A stretch of DNA of 62,198 nt, counting the filler, from Bonamia ostreae (lineage: Eukaryota), in the NCBI GenBank assembly GCA_040357525.1. It is 8 parts of 8 records of this genome, joined end to end, with 100 filler letters (N's around TTAATTAATTAA, not from the genome) between each part and the next. Parts side by side here need not be neighbours in the genome. Positions count along the whole stretch, not along the records: positions 1 to 7,908 come from JBDODL010000069.1; positions 8,009 to 15,763 come from JBDODL010000070.1; 6 more parts are not named here. One strand, written 5' to 3'. Below are positions 1 to 12,212 of the stretch, one piece after another. A model generated the notes under the pieces. The model searched no databases. It saw only the letters and a list, made by a program, of their open reading frames with translations, and was not told the DNA's origin. Each line of letters starts with the position of its first letter. Within the stretch, counting starts at the first letter, position 1. The position numbers and the translations under genes were made by a program.

Positions 1-274
1 CTTGGATCAAACCGTCTCCAATTAGTCCTTTGGAACAATTCAATCTCGCAGAGAATAAGAAAAATACCAAAGGCGTTGACCTGACCAACCCAAATTTTCA
101 TAAATAAATATTCTAAAACTTCCAAAAATTACAAATTTGCCCTTAAAACAAATATCCGTAAATTTTGCCGAACTTTTATCAGTTGGCACTTTATAAAACG
201 TTTGTGCTACCACCGCAAACTTAAAAAGTTTACTCAAAAAACAATAAACAGTGCAATTTTAAACAATCGTTTAC

Positions 275-930
275 TCATCTGAACCGCTTCTGAGAGAAGA
301 TTCTCTTGAGATAGAACACCTGCGAGACTGAGATGAACACACACAACTTTACGTTAAAATAAAACAGCGTACACGAACACGCTGATGTACAATATCCGAC
401 TCCGAGACCGTCTCAGCTGTTTCTTGACGTAGCTCAACCGCGTTCTCAGGAAAGATTGGTGGTCCATGATCAGACTCAGTTCTTCCATTAAATCAAATTG
501 ACCTTTATTCGCTTCGAAAAACAGCTTTCCGATGTTCTGCAACTGCTCCTCTTTCGGGAGACTAATGATTTGGTTCATGTCGTCGACCCTTACGCTGAAA
601 TTGATGACCAAGAGCTTGTGCGTTTTGGATTCGAAGCAGATCATGTGCTTTCCTTCCGTGTTCCCGTTCAGTTCGATGTCGTCTTCGCGCCTTCCCGAGT
701 TGGAGAAGACCATTTCGTTTGACGGGGAGGTGATCTAGTTTCCATGTAGATTATTTTACGGTTATGACGAGGGCGTTTTCGACGTTGTTCAGGACTCTGT
801 AGCTCAGCCGCAACTTGTTCTGGAAGTCGACTTGTTGTTTGAAGCACGTCGTCCCTTGCACATCGACCACGTAGCTCTCGATATTCACCACGAGCAGCAA
901 AACGAGACAAATGAGATTGTCAAAGGGCAT
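275..930 (-). CDS. p24/TMED (emp24/gp25L) GOLD-domain cargo receptor
   Basis: Manual splicing (introns 735-759 and 347-365) gives signal peptide MPFDNLICLVLLLVV, a GOLD-like region (TTCFKQ...GKHMICF), a coiled coil, a C-terminal TM segment and tail VSQVFYLKRIFSQKRFR*. This is typical p24 architecture. Confidence 0.8.
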
Positions 931-991
931 CCGATTTTTGCTTAAGGCGTTTCGATATAAAGCGAACAAACTGCAAATTGATTTTTGTTCA

Positions 992-2640
992 ATGCCAAAA
1001 AAATCGCAAGATTTCGAAACACACTACCAGTTTACTCTATCAACCAAAGGCGCCAGATTCTGCTGAAACTGGCTTACGACGGTTCGGCTTACAGAGGCGT
1101 TGCGTACAGCACGGAGAAAGTGAACACGGTCGAAAAGAAGTTGCTCAGAGCGATGGCACGGCTGACATTGATCCCCAGCGACTTCAGTTTGAAGGGCATC
1201 AATTTCTCGAGAGCCGGAAGGACTGACGCCGGCGTCAGCGCAACGGGAAATTACGTTTCGGTCGCCGTCTTCGAAAGCTACAAAAGCGAAAGTTCTTTTG
1301 CGCAACAAAAGGAAACGTCAATTTTGCAAACTTGATTAACGGGCTTTTGCCACAGGACATCCGGATTCTGGGCTGGGCGCCCGTGGCACTGTGGTTCAAC
1401 GCTCGGTTTTGCTGCCGCGCGAGGATCTACAAGTACTCGTTTTTTAAGAACGACTTCGACTGCGGCAAAATGGAAGAAGCTTGCAGACGACTAAAAGGAG
1501 AACATGATTTCCGGAACTTTTGCAAAATCGACATTTCGAACACGACCAACTTTGTGCGCGAGATTTCGGATTGCCGCATTTCGAAGGTTTCAAAATTTTT
1601 CGTAGACGGCCCATCCGCACATCGCAGAATTCGTCTTCGAGGCAAACGGCTTTCTGCAGAGACAAGTGAGGTTTATGGTGGCGGTTCTTTTCATGGTCGG
1701 GAAAAATTTGGAGAGACCGGATGTCGTCGATTTCCTCTTGGACTTGGGCAGTTGCACTTCCAAGCCGTCGGTAACAAAATCAATTCAAAGTACAACGCCG
1801 CGCCCAGTTCGCCGCTGCGTCTCCACAACTGCAGATTCGGCAACGGAGAGCAAGACAAATTGGTCAACGCCGATTTCTCGAAGAAGTCGCTGTTGGTGGT
1901 GAGGAACCGATTGAGAGAAAACTGGCTCAAGCTCAATTTCAATGAACAGTTGTTAGCTGAAACGGGAGATCGTTCGAAAGAAACCAAAAGCAATTATTCG
2001 GAAAACTACAAAAATTCGGAAAACGATAAAAATTCTGAAGAAAATTTGAAAAACGGAAAAAATTGGGAACAAAAATTGGAAAACAACAAAAAATCGGAAA
2101 ACGGAAAAAATTCTGAAGAAAATTTGAAAAACGGAAAAAATTGGGAACAAAAATTGGAAAACAATAAAAAATCGGAAAACGGAAAAAATTGGGAACAAAA
2201 TTTGAAAAACGCAAAAAATTGGGAACAAAAATTGGAAAACAACAAAAAATCGGAAAACGGAAAAAATNNNNNNNNNNNNNNNNNNNNNNNNNNNNNNNNN
2301 NNNNNNNNNNNNNNNNNNNNNNNNNNNNNNNNNNNNNNNNNNNNNNNNNNNNNNNNNNNNNNNNNNNAAAAATTGGGAACAAAAATTGGAAAACAATAAA
2401 AAATCGGAAAACGGAAAAAATTCTGAAGAAAATTCGAAAAACAGAAAAAAATGGGTAAAGAATTTGAAAAACGGGAAAAAGTTAGAAAAAAAATTGGAAA
2501 GCGATTACAGATTTTTGAGCTGCAGGAAAAAGTACTTGGAAATAGCCAAACTGCCAAAGGAGCGAAGCGTGGCAGAGCGCATTGCAGCCGATTCGCTCAA
2601 AAGGAAAACCTTTCTTAAAGACATTAAACATGGCAAATAA
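992..2640 (+). CDS. PUS3: tRNA pseudouridine(38/39) synthase, TruA family (PUS3/DEG1-like)
   Basis: Motifs LKLAYDG, catalytic RAGRTDAGVSA, LLPQDIRILGW, FNARF, GEHDFRNFCK, ANGFLQRQVRFMV. The frame is restored by removing introns 1030-1049, 1292-1311, 1587-1605 and 1771-1790. Contains a repeat insert and a 100-N gap. Confidence 0.92.
2005..2500 (+). repeat. Coding minisatellite inside PUS3 (units such as KNSEENLKNGKNWEQKLENNKKSENG)
   Basis: Repeated aaaaattgggaacaaaaattggaaaacaa and aaaatcggaaaacggaaaaaattctgaagaa blocks flank the N gap at 2268-2367. Confidence 0.85.
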
Positions 2641-2696
2641 TTTTTACTTTATCCAAATTACTAATCTGTGCACTTTCCGCTTTTTCTTAGCAATTT

Positions 2697-4116
2697 ATGG
2701 AGAAACGGAGGAGGAGGAAGAAAAAGAAGGTAAATTTAACTTATTAAAGCACTCAAAGTTTGTTCTGTAATCGTAAAGGTGCAGCAATTGTGAGAAGACG
2801 GACGGGCCGTTCGAAAAAGTCGATGACCACCATCTCTGCGATGTTTGTTTGGACAAATATCGGAACGAAGGATTTGAACTGAAGCCAGAGAAGAAGCATC
2901 ATCGCAAAAAAAGCAAAAGCAGGAATAGAGACAGCGAAAACAGTTTTATTGAAATGGCGTAGACTCAAGAAAGAAGAAAAAGAAAAAGAAAAGCCAATCT
3001 CATCACAAAAGTTTTAGTTTAAGTCACCTTAGCTCACCTGGATGTTCCAGATGGAAGCTCGTTTGTTTTGGAGGAGAAAACCGAAGGATCATCCGTCGCA
3101 TCTTTGGACGAAGAAATAGCCAATGGAGAAGAACATCGCGAACCAATCGAAACGGAAGAAATAATTAAGATAAAGCAGGAAAAAGCAGAAACGACGACTG
3201 AAAAAGCAGAAACGACAATGGAAAAAGCAGAAACGACAACAGAAAAAGCAGAAACGACAATGGAAAAAGCAGAAACGCCAACAGAAAAAGCAGAAACGAC
3301 AACAGAAAAAGCAGAAACGACGACGGAAAAAGAAGCTGATGTCAGCGAAATAAAATCGCATGAACAAACAGAAAAAGTCGATCAAAAAGAAACAAGAAAA
3401 TCCATTGTTTCCCTAAACAAGCAGTCGAAGGTTGAAACCAAACAAAAATCAGATGAAAGGACGAATGAACTGGAAAAGCAAATTTCTGAAATGGAAGTTT
3501 CGTTCTTCAAAGAAAACGTTTTGTTTTAATTCGAAGAAACTTCTCAAATCCGAAGACCACTTATCTACCCTTTTGACCGGACTGTTACATGTAAACAATG
3601 TTCTAAAAGATGTTTTGTTGCTAAAATGAAGAAAGTGGCTGACGCCAAGCAGCGACACAGAGATCTGATCACTTTGCACAACAACTCGATTTTTCGCCTA
3701 AGACAAGTCATCAAAGAGAAAAACGACATTCTCAAGCGATTCGCCGAGTTCTATCCCGACATCAACAGCGGTCCGACCGTCCAGGAAGGGGTTAAATTTC
3801 AGTAATAAAAGGAGTTGGTCAACTCGGAAATCAACGAACTGGAAGATAAGCTCACGGACGCGAGAGTTTTTTAAAACATTTGTAGTCGGAGGTGACCATT
3901 TGGATTAACAAATACAACGAATTACTGACGATCAACGACAACTTGCGGAAGAAGATGGAATCGATGTCGCTCAAAAACTTGGGCGGCGAAGAATCGGACG
4001 AAGCAGACAAAGGGAGCGACATCGAAGCCAGCGGTTCAGAATACTACTCCGAATACGAATACGAAGAAGAACCCGCGGAGGAAACAACTGAGGCGGGAAA
4101 AGGGTGGCTTTGGTGA
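2697..4116 (+). CDS. Hypothetical multi-exon protein: basic N-terminus, CxxC...CxxC putative Zn finger, AETTTEK repeats, coiled coil, acidic tail
   Basis: Exons read MEKRRRRKKKK, CSNCEKTDG...HLCDVCLDKY, ORF 3068-3529 and ORF 3892-4116, separated by short GT-AG introns. The exon structure is approximate. Confidence 0.5.
3180..3330 (+). repeat. 21-nt coding tandem repeat (about 7 copies, EKAETT[T/M])
   Basis: gaaaaagcagaaacgacaa(c/t) repeated in tandem. Confidence 0.9.
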
Positions 4117-4135
4117 TTAAAAATGAGGATATACA

Positions 4136-7100
4136 TTAATTTGCGCATCCGATGATCGCGAATGAGAGCATGAACAGCGCTAAATTCATCGCTCCCAGAA
4201 TTCTCGTGTTCTTCTTGTGATTTTCTTCGGTTGAACCAAGAAACTTTCTCTGGAGCAGTTCGTAGTTTTTCAAGGTTTGAAACATTTCATCGCTGTCTTT
4301 CAGCTTTTTTTCCAGTTCACATATTTTCGCTCCCAGTTCTAGTTTTCTTCAGGTGATTTTTTATTAAAAATATTAAAACAATTCTTTGTCATCTTCGATT
4401 TTAGGCTTTTCGATTCCAACGCAGCGACCCGATTTTTCGGCAGAATAAAATTTTCCGACATTTGCCCTTCCTGGTAGCGTGGGATCGAGTTTTGCTCCTG
4501 GACCGAAATTCAGTCTGTTGAAAGCTGGGATCTTGTCCCAAGCTCCAACGGCGACGTTTTTGTCGTATTTTTTCGATTCGCTGTTTTTTATGTTCGTTTT
4601 TGAGTCGATGATGTACTTTTTTAACAAGATGTACTTCGAACTCAGAACATTGTTCAGTTCACCGCTAATTTGACCCAAAAACTCTTCAAACGGGAGACGA
4701 GTCAAGTGCCAGGCAGTTTGGTTTGTTTGGAACGCTTTTTTGATTGCTAACGGTTTTAGAATTTGCTCTTTGTCGTCAGTGCTGTCCTCGTAATCCGACG
4801 AGTCGTCTATAAAATGTTCAGCAAACCTATTTGGCTGTTGTAGTAGTCTGTATCGTCTGGCAACATGAAGCGATTTCGGGTAGATTTTGCATTCGGTTTA
4901 ACGCAGACAGCGTTGCTCCCGAATCTTTAAAGTCGATTGAAAAACGTGATCGGCTTGTTTTTGAATTTTGCTTTGTCTTCGTTTGTTCGAATGAGAATCG
5001 ACTGTCGTGGCTCGCCACAGATCTTCTGGGGTAGTTTGAACTCCATTCGGCTCAAGGAAAGGGTTATTTTGTTTATAGGAAAAAGATAAATTGAAAACAG
5101 GTTTATAAACGCTGTGAAGTTTGGCCATAATTGAAGCTACATAACGTTTTTGTTTATGTGGAGGTGTCGAAATTGTTATTGAATGATAACAATTTACCAA
5201 AATCTCTGTTGCTTTTAAATACCAGCAATTTATCACGTCTGCATTTATCAGGTCTGACGCAACGCTTTGAAAATTTACAAAAACTAGATTTCTACTTGAT
5301 CCATAATAAATTAATTTAAACTAGATTAAATTGTACTTAATCCAGAAAAAAAATTAAAATTAAAATTTATTCTGTCTTAATTTTGCCGATTGCTTATTTT
5401 GTGTGTTTGTTTCGTTGATCCATGGCTTTTTCCCTCTCCCTTCTCTTACCCATTTGATAAAAGTGCGCATGTATACCAATATCAGCATTTTATTCTTGTT
5501 CGGGTCTAGAAACAGTTCGTCAAAGATTTTTGCTAAAACTGGATTTCTTTTGTTGTCCAAAGGAAGTTTTCCCTCCACATTTTTGTTCGCATTTTGGAAA
5601 ATACCAAAAATCTTGTTGTACAAAGAGAAGAACTCTTTTTCAGGGAAGGGCTCCAAGTTTTTCAACGTTTCGTTCAAATAACCTTCATCGTATATTCGAA
5701 GAGACCTCTTTTCGATTGTTGCATCTTCTTCGATTTTGCTTTTTTTCTTTAAAATTTTCCGAGTTTTAGTGTAATCACAGCTTCTGATTTTTAAGCATTC
5801 TGTGTTGCATTCTGCGCAGTGCGCGCTAACAGAATTTGTTCTTCAATCAATAAACAAAACATTAAAAGGTGCAAGCCAAATAATTGATTAGTTTTACATT
5901 TTGAGCAGACGATGTTGATCTGGGCGATTGGTGACTTGCTCTACAATTTGAAATTAAACAAGTTCGTTCGCTTGAGACGTCATTTTCAGAGATTTTTCAG
6001 TTTTCTTTAAAATTCTTTCCAACTCTTTTAGATTTTCCTTTTCGTTCTCGTTTTCCGAGTTGAGTTGGTCGATCAATTTTTTGTTGATTTTTGTTTCGCT
6101 TTCAATTAAAATCTCAGCTTCGACTTTCTTTTTACTAAGCGACTACAAATTAGAGAGAAAACAGCAATTTCGTTTTCATACTTCTTCGAATCACGCAAAA
6201 ACTTCGCCTTGTCAGTTTTCGCTGGGTCCTCTTCTCCCAAATTGCTCAACTTGTCATCCAAATAGCGGTTAATCTCAGAGCCAATTTTCTTTATTTGGGT
6301 TAGATTATTTTGCTGACTTCCAACGAACGCAATGGCGTTTTCAGTCATTTCAACGCAACTTAGTCTGTTGTGTTGTTTTTTCCGCTTATTAAATATCTCT
6401 AAAAAGTAGTTTGCGAATTCTTTAGATTTGTCCAGCGAAGACCTCATGTAATTCGACAAATTCACCAGCTTTTGCATTTGCGCGGCGATCTTTGTTTTAA
6501 AATAAAAACAAATTGCATCGCTTGGATAATCGAATCAATCTTCCTCTCTTTTACGTTCAATCTGTTTTCAGAGTGGATTGAGCAATTGTCGATGTATTCT
6601 GACATTGATTTTCGCTTATCGTTTATATCACTTATCGCATCAAGTTTTTCTTCTAACGTGTTTTTATGACTGTCCAGTTTTTTGGATAAATCTGCTATTT
6701 GTTTTTGATAAGAGGACACTGTTTTTTTGTTGGTCTCAACCGAGTTTACTATATCCGACACAGCGTTTTTTGTATGGATTTTTCTGTCAGTAATTTTTTG
6801 TTGTTTATTTTTGAGCGACTGAATTTTGTCTTGTATAAATTTTAAAGATTTGTACTTTCTGATCATTTTTAATCGCTTATTGCTCTTAAACTTTTCTTTA
6901 GAAATCAAAAGGCGCTGTCGAGATAACTTTTTCTTTTCAATCAACTTTAAAATAATTGTATCGTGATTTTTAAGAATCTGTTCATTGACGCTTTTTTTAG
7001 AATACTCTTTTTTCCTTAGTTCTTTTATTTTATTTTGCAGAAGTACATATCTTTTAAAAGGGGTAATTTCTCTGTTCTTATTGTCAAAAATCAAAATGCT

Positions 7101-7259
7101 TGTTTCATCTGGAAAGTCATCGCTTTTGATAGAATTTTCGTCGACAACTTTTTCTATTATTATTCTAGAAAAATCAAAATTATGATCGTTAATTTTATTG
7201 TGAATGTTATTCTTGAATATAATTGTGTTTGTCAAGTTTGTTTTATTCTTTATTTTCAT
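4136..7259 (-). CDS. Hypothetical coiled-coil protein(s), multi-exon; one or two genes
   Basis: Successive minus-strand K/E-rich ORFs: 6462-7259, 6106-6477, 5360-5677, 4898-5236 and 4373-4705. No family recognised. Confidence 0.35.
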
Positions 7260-7908
7260 TTATTATTCTATCTCTAAAAATGGTGTCTAGTTTAAGCTAT
7301 TACCGAATAACAATAATTCTAATTTTTATATAAAAATTCATTAATAATTAACCTAACCCTTAAGCAATGAAAGCGACTTATTTATAACTGTGAGAGAACT
7401 TAATATTTTATTTTGGTGATCAATTCAATTCACGTATGTCGGGCTCACCATCAAAGTGCAATAAAGCATGGGTCTCCCACTTCTGTTTGCAGCTCGTATC
7501 ACAGTTTTATGTCGTTGCGATATTCCCATACATTTCAACTTTATAGAAGAAAGCGTAATAGCAAAAACATTTGTTTAAAGTAAATGCATTTGCCTCAAAG
7601 GCATTTTTAAATTCTCGCGCAATGGATTTTTTATAATTGTTATTCCCAATGTGACTAAATATATCATAAAAGACGAATTTATACGTCGTTATGTTACATT
7701 TAATAATTAAAAAACAATCCCGTTTCAGGTTTTACTCTATCAATCACCTATTCGAAAATTTTAAATACATTTGAAATATGTCTCTACATTAATCAAATAT
7801 TCATAATTAATATGGAAAAAAATTTGGACATACTCCAAAATTTGTATTAATTAATTAAAACTGAGTTAGCATCTAAATTCGTACAATCAAAGGAGTATGT
7901 GTGACTAA

Positions 7909-8008
7909 NNNNNNNNNNNNNNNNNNNNNNNNNNNNNNNNNNNNNNNNNNNNTTAATTAATTAANNNNNNNNNNNNNNNNNNNNNNNNNNNNNNNNNNNN
8001 NNNNNNNN
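7909..8008. other. Artificial contig linker N-TTAATTAATTAA-N (also about 15764-15863, 23614-23713, 31368-31467, 39121-39220, 46864-46963, 54534-54633)
   Basis: The same roughly 100-nt spacer with six-frame stops recurs seven times. Genes are truncated at these points and segment lengths decrease monotonically. Confidence 0.97.
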
Positions 8009-9669
8009 TATTCAAATTTATGAATTTGCAAAAAAGGAGTTCCTATTGGCCTCGGTTTGCGCCCGATAGTACAGACATTCAATTTTTTTGAAAATTTATT
8101 GGACACAATTTGTTTTGATGCATGAAAAACCACACGAATAGATATGGCTGACCAAACGAGCGTTATAATTTAAAGAAATCAGTCTTTCCTTGAAAAAAGG
8201 AACCAAAGGCAGAAACTTAGCGCAGATCAAAATCAAATCGCTTCGGCTGTCTTTCGCGAAAACTTTCAAGTATCGCAAGACTATTTGATAGAATCCGATC
8301 GACAGCGCCTTAAAATTTTCGTTGAGCAATTTTAGTGAAACCATTCTTGGTGCCCATTTCCCTTTATCGAGGAAACGAGAAAACAGACTAAGCGCTTTTC
8401 TGCGGTGATGTATGTTGTCGGAGTCGAGCAAAATCTTTATTTTTTAATCGCAACTTTTTGCAGCGCCGGGAGCAGTTTTGGTTTTTTGGAAGAAAAATTG
8501 AGGCAAAGATAATTTTCGAAAGAAATCAAATTTTGATGATTGAAAGTTTCGAGCTACGTTAAAATGAACTAAAAACTATTGAATAGTTAAGATCGTCATT
8601 ATTTAAAACGTAAAAAGAGTTTTCAATGAACAAATGAAAAATGTCCCAAAAAGAATGATTTGTGATTTGGGGGAGAATTGGGAAGAATAACGGTTTGCAG
8701 CTGACGGATTTGCACAAAAGTTGTACGAGCATGGCCGACTTTACTATTTTTGAAGTTTTTGTGTTCGTTTTCATAAGAACAATATAACTTTCTGTTTTTG
8801 AGTGTTTGTTCGTCGTTTTTTTTTTAAATTTTCAAGTTTGCAAAACCTTTTGGCCATAAATCGAAAACAACGCAATCCAAAACGGTTTCTAAAACAAGAT
8901 CGATTTCTTTTAAGAAGTTCGAATTGCAAACGAGTTTTGACAGTTTCAAAGATTCCTTTTTAAGTAACTTCGATGCACGCAAAGACCATTTTATGGCCGT
9001 TAGCGCTGGATTTTGAAAGCATTCGCTAAAAAATTGTTTTGGAAGAATCGAAAGACAGTTGTTTGTTGGATTTTTGTTCGGAGGGCAAACGAAAACGGTG
9101 TTTTCTTCTTTCGAGTTTTCGATCCATTCCGCAAAAGTCCCTGGTTCTATGATCAGTATCAATTGACTTTTGACAAATTTTCTCAATTCCCGCACAGAAA
9201 GACTCGAGAAACTTGACTTGTTATGTAAACGACTAAACTCGGTTTCTGAAATAAAGTTTGTGCCGCTCTTTCCTGAAATTGGGCGAAACGCGAGGCGCCA
9301 GGTAATGTATCGTTAAGCAATCTGTGCGGTTCGAGTTCTCGGAGTGTTTGCTGACGGCATCCTGGAACTTTGAAACGGTTGGTTCGTAGACAAAGAAGAT
9401 CTCGTTTTTATCAAAGATTGCAGAATAGCGCTTTTCAAGCTCTTTGGCCTTATCCGAATTTGCTTCTGAAACGTTTTCCTCGAACGTTTTGGGGGTCGAC
9501 TTTGAATCTTCGAATAGCACAATTATCAGTTTGGCTTTATCCGACTAAAAATGTGAGTTTGGACCTGAATGAGCGGAACGTAAGTGTCTTGGTCGGCTTG
9601 CTTTTTGCTCATAAAATGGTGTCTGTTGCTGTTAAACGGAGATACGAAAATGTTGCGTATTCCGGACAT
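8009..9669 (-). CDS. RPTOR: Raptor/KOG1 (TORC1 subunit), N-terminal part, highly divergent, truncated at contig end
   Basis: Segments match Raptor blocks in the correct order: EPTVSKF...TIHY (DPTVDEV..LFHY), LPKQFFSECFQNP (LPADLFTSCLTTP), LETVLDCVVF (FTAITDTIAW), HRRKALSLFSRFLDKGKWA (HRLRALDLLGRFLDLGPWA), ALSIGFYQIVLRYL. Confidence 0.8.
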
Positions 9670-9842
9670 TGTTTAAGCTTGTTTATATTCTAAACGATGT
9701 GTTTGCTTTTTATACAAAATCGCATAAATTGAGAGGAAAAGTTTTGATAATTTAAATTTTGCAAAATGGATAAAAATAACAGCTTGCGAAGAATTTTATT
9801 TTGAAATGGTTAAAATGCTAAAACGACATAAATCTTATTTTA

Positions 9843-10025
9843 CAGTGTGGCGCAAAAAGATAGGTTCATCTGGAATTTTTATGTTAATTGTTACAAGGTA
9901 TTAAAGTTAGTTTTGTCCCGGAAAAATTGAAATTTTTGGCACAACAATAGTCAAAATTTATTTTCATGCCTTGTAACCCCCTGAAATAGAAAAAATTTAG
10001 GGAACTATCTTTTTGCACCACATTG
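9843..10025. mobile_element. Tc1/mariner-type MITE (183 bp) with TA target-site duplication
   Basis: Left TIR CAGTGTGGCGCAAAAAGATAG versus reverse complement of the right end CAATGTGGTGCAAAAAGATAG (19/21 identical). Flanked by TA at 9841-9842 and 10026-10027. An internal inverted pair GTTACAAGG/CCTTGTAAC is also present. Confidence 0.82.
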
Positions 10026-10247
10026 TATCTTGGAAAACGAAGCGTCGAAATATAAAGAATGAAATGAAAAGTGGAGAGATTTGATTAAATATTTATTGAC
10101 AAAACGGATCGTGAAATTTTTAAATTTATCTTGCAAACGAAGCTCGCCGCAAAAGAAAATTTGATAAAAATTATCGAAGAAAAATTTAAATCTGTAAAAA
10201 TTATCAAAGAAGAGACCGCAGCTAAATCTGTAAAAAATCCATGTTAC

Positions 10248-12135
10248 TCAATCGCAAACATTTATTGATTTCCCCCACTCAATTTCATCAAAATTTGTAA
10301 TGGTTAAAGCCAAAAAGCTTAAATTTGCATTAAAACTTTTTTGCAAAATTAATTTGATCCTTTATTTTGTTCATATCTGTTTCTCTTGGGTATTCAAACA
10401 AAGTAGGCGCGAAAATAATTGCCAAAGCTTCTGCGCCCATTTTGTTTTTCTTCTCTTGCATTGCCACTCTCCTCAGAAAGTTGATCAATAAATAGCTCGT
10501 TTTTCTTGTTATTTGTCCCATCTTTTTAAAACAATATTTACGCCGAATTTTTTTGATTAGGCCTAATAGTATCTAAACAATTTTGAATATTCCGGAACAA
10601 TTTTTTATTTCTTCGTCCAGGTCATAGTTCCCGAGTTCCAGTCTTTCTCCAATTTTAAAACAACGATCGCTAATGTCTGGCTCGATGACAGAATTGGGAA
10701 TTTGTTTTAAAAAGTATTTTAGGAAACAAGCCACAACGTGAACGTTTTTAACGTTTTCAAAATTTCGCTTTCCGGATACAATCTGAAATAGAAAAATCTG
10801 AAACCTTTTTCTTTAATTTTTTTAATTTTTTGTTTGGAGCCGCTTTTCTAAAAATGCCTTCTTCCGAAGCTCCTCGCCGATCAATATGTTTGACTAAATT
10901 CGATATTATTTCAGGAACGTTTCTATTTTTATTCTGAAAATTTTCGTGAAAACGTGTGGAAATCTCATCAAATTTAAAAGAGATACCCCGAAAATATCGT
11001 TTTTTTCAAGTTTTATTCGAAAAATCTCGTCTTCATAGTTAAAACTATCATCAATCTCTTGTACTTTCACAACTTTTTGATCGCTTGACCTAAAATGAAA
11101 ATTCAATAAAACGAAAATTTTTTGTCAAAATTGGTTGTGTCGTCAATTTCTGAGATATTGACCCAGCTTTTTTCGAAAAGGCCAACGATCTCTTTAATTT
11201 TCGTAAAATGGTCATTCGAAATGTTTGTGTACACAGTTATGACATGTTTAATCGTTTCTATTCTGTTGTATTCAGAAGATTTATAAATGGAGTGGAATTT
11301 CAGCAATTTGTCCGAATAAAAATTTTTCTGTGATTCGTTAAATCGGATGCGCATTAAAGTGTAGTTTTCAATTGCTTCTTTTGAGTCCATCGGTGTTTTT
11401 GACGCGTTTGATGTTTTTCTATGCCAAGTTTCTTTTGTTAATTGTCTGCCGTGAACGATAAAGTAAAATTTTGATGATTTTAAAATGGCAGAAATTCTCT
11501 AAAAACCAGGAAACTGATTCCAAAATATCAAAGATATAAAAAAATAAAAACGTTCAACATACGCTTTAGAGAACGAAGGTGTGATAGTGTCCGAGTTTTT
11601 AAGATATTCCTCATAAATTATTCTTTGACAATTTTTTCTTTCAGCGAGCACTTTCTCTCTTCGAGTTTTTAAACTGTCTTCTTCAAAGCGCATTTCGCTT
11701 GTATTCCGTTTGTTTATACTGTCCAAATATCTCAATTGCTTAAATAACTCAAAATTACTGTATCCAAATAATGGGAAATGCTTTTTCTTATTTTTACCGC
11801 CGTTTTTTCATAAATTTCACCGTTTTTGCCGATTCCCTCAAATATCTCCCCGACTCCCCTCTTTAAGGTTTCCATTTTATCATCAACTTTCTCATACTCT
11901 TCTTTGAAACTTTCACAAAGTCTTACAATGCTCTTGCCAAAATTTTCGTAAAGACTGGAAATCTTTTTGATGGTTTTGGCGACGATGCGAATGCTTTCAA
12001 TGCCTGTTTTGCTGTAAAAATATTTATAAAAATCTGATTCTTGTAAAATAGGTTTCTCTGAAGCAACTCGTTTGAGTATCCCTGTTCTGTGATAAAGGAA
12101 GACTGCGTCTTGTTCCCGATAGTCATTTTATGCAT
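10248..12135 (-). CDS. RhoGAP with N-terminal coiled-coil (possibly F-BAR-like) region; start uncertain
   Basis: IFGVSLLNLM, GASEEGIFRK (arginine finger), VHVVACFLKYFLKQIP and NKMGAEALAIIFAPTLF are RhoGAP hallmarks. Confidence 0.85.
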
Positions 12136-12212
12136 AGTAATCTATAAGAAACCTTTAATTTGTTAGAAACAAGTTGATTGAAAAACTGTTAATCATTCAG
12201 CCATAAAATCAT

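Noticed and set aside
992-1800. Apparent frameshifts and in-frame stops suggesting pseudogenes, programmed frameshifting or a variant genetic code
   Set aside because: Each case examined is resolved by a short GT-AG intron, and intronless genes read normally with TAA/TGA stops.
7280-7908. Possible gene fragment at the end of contig 1 (and at 1-260)
   Set aside because: Short frames with no recognisable motif; cannot be supported.
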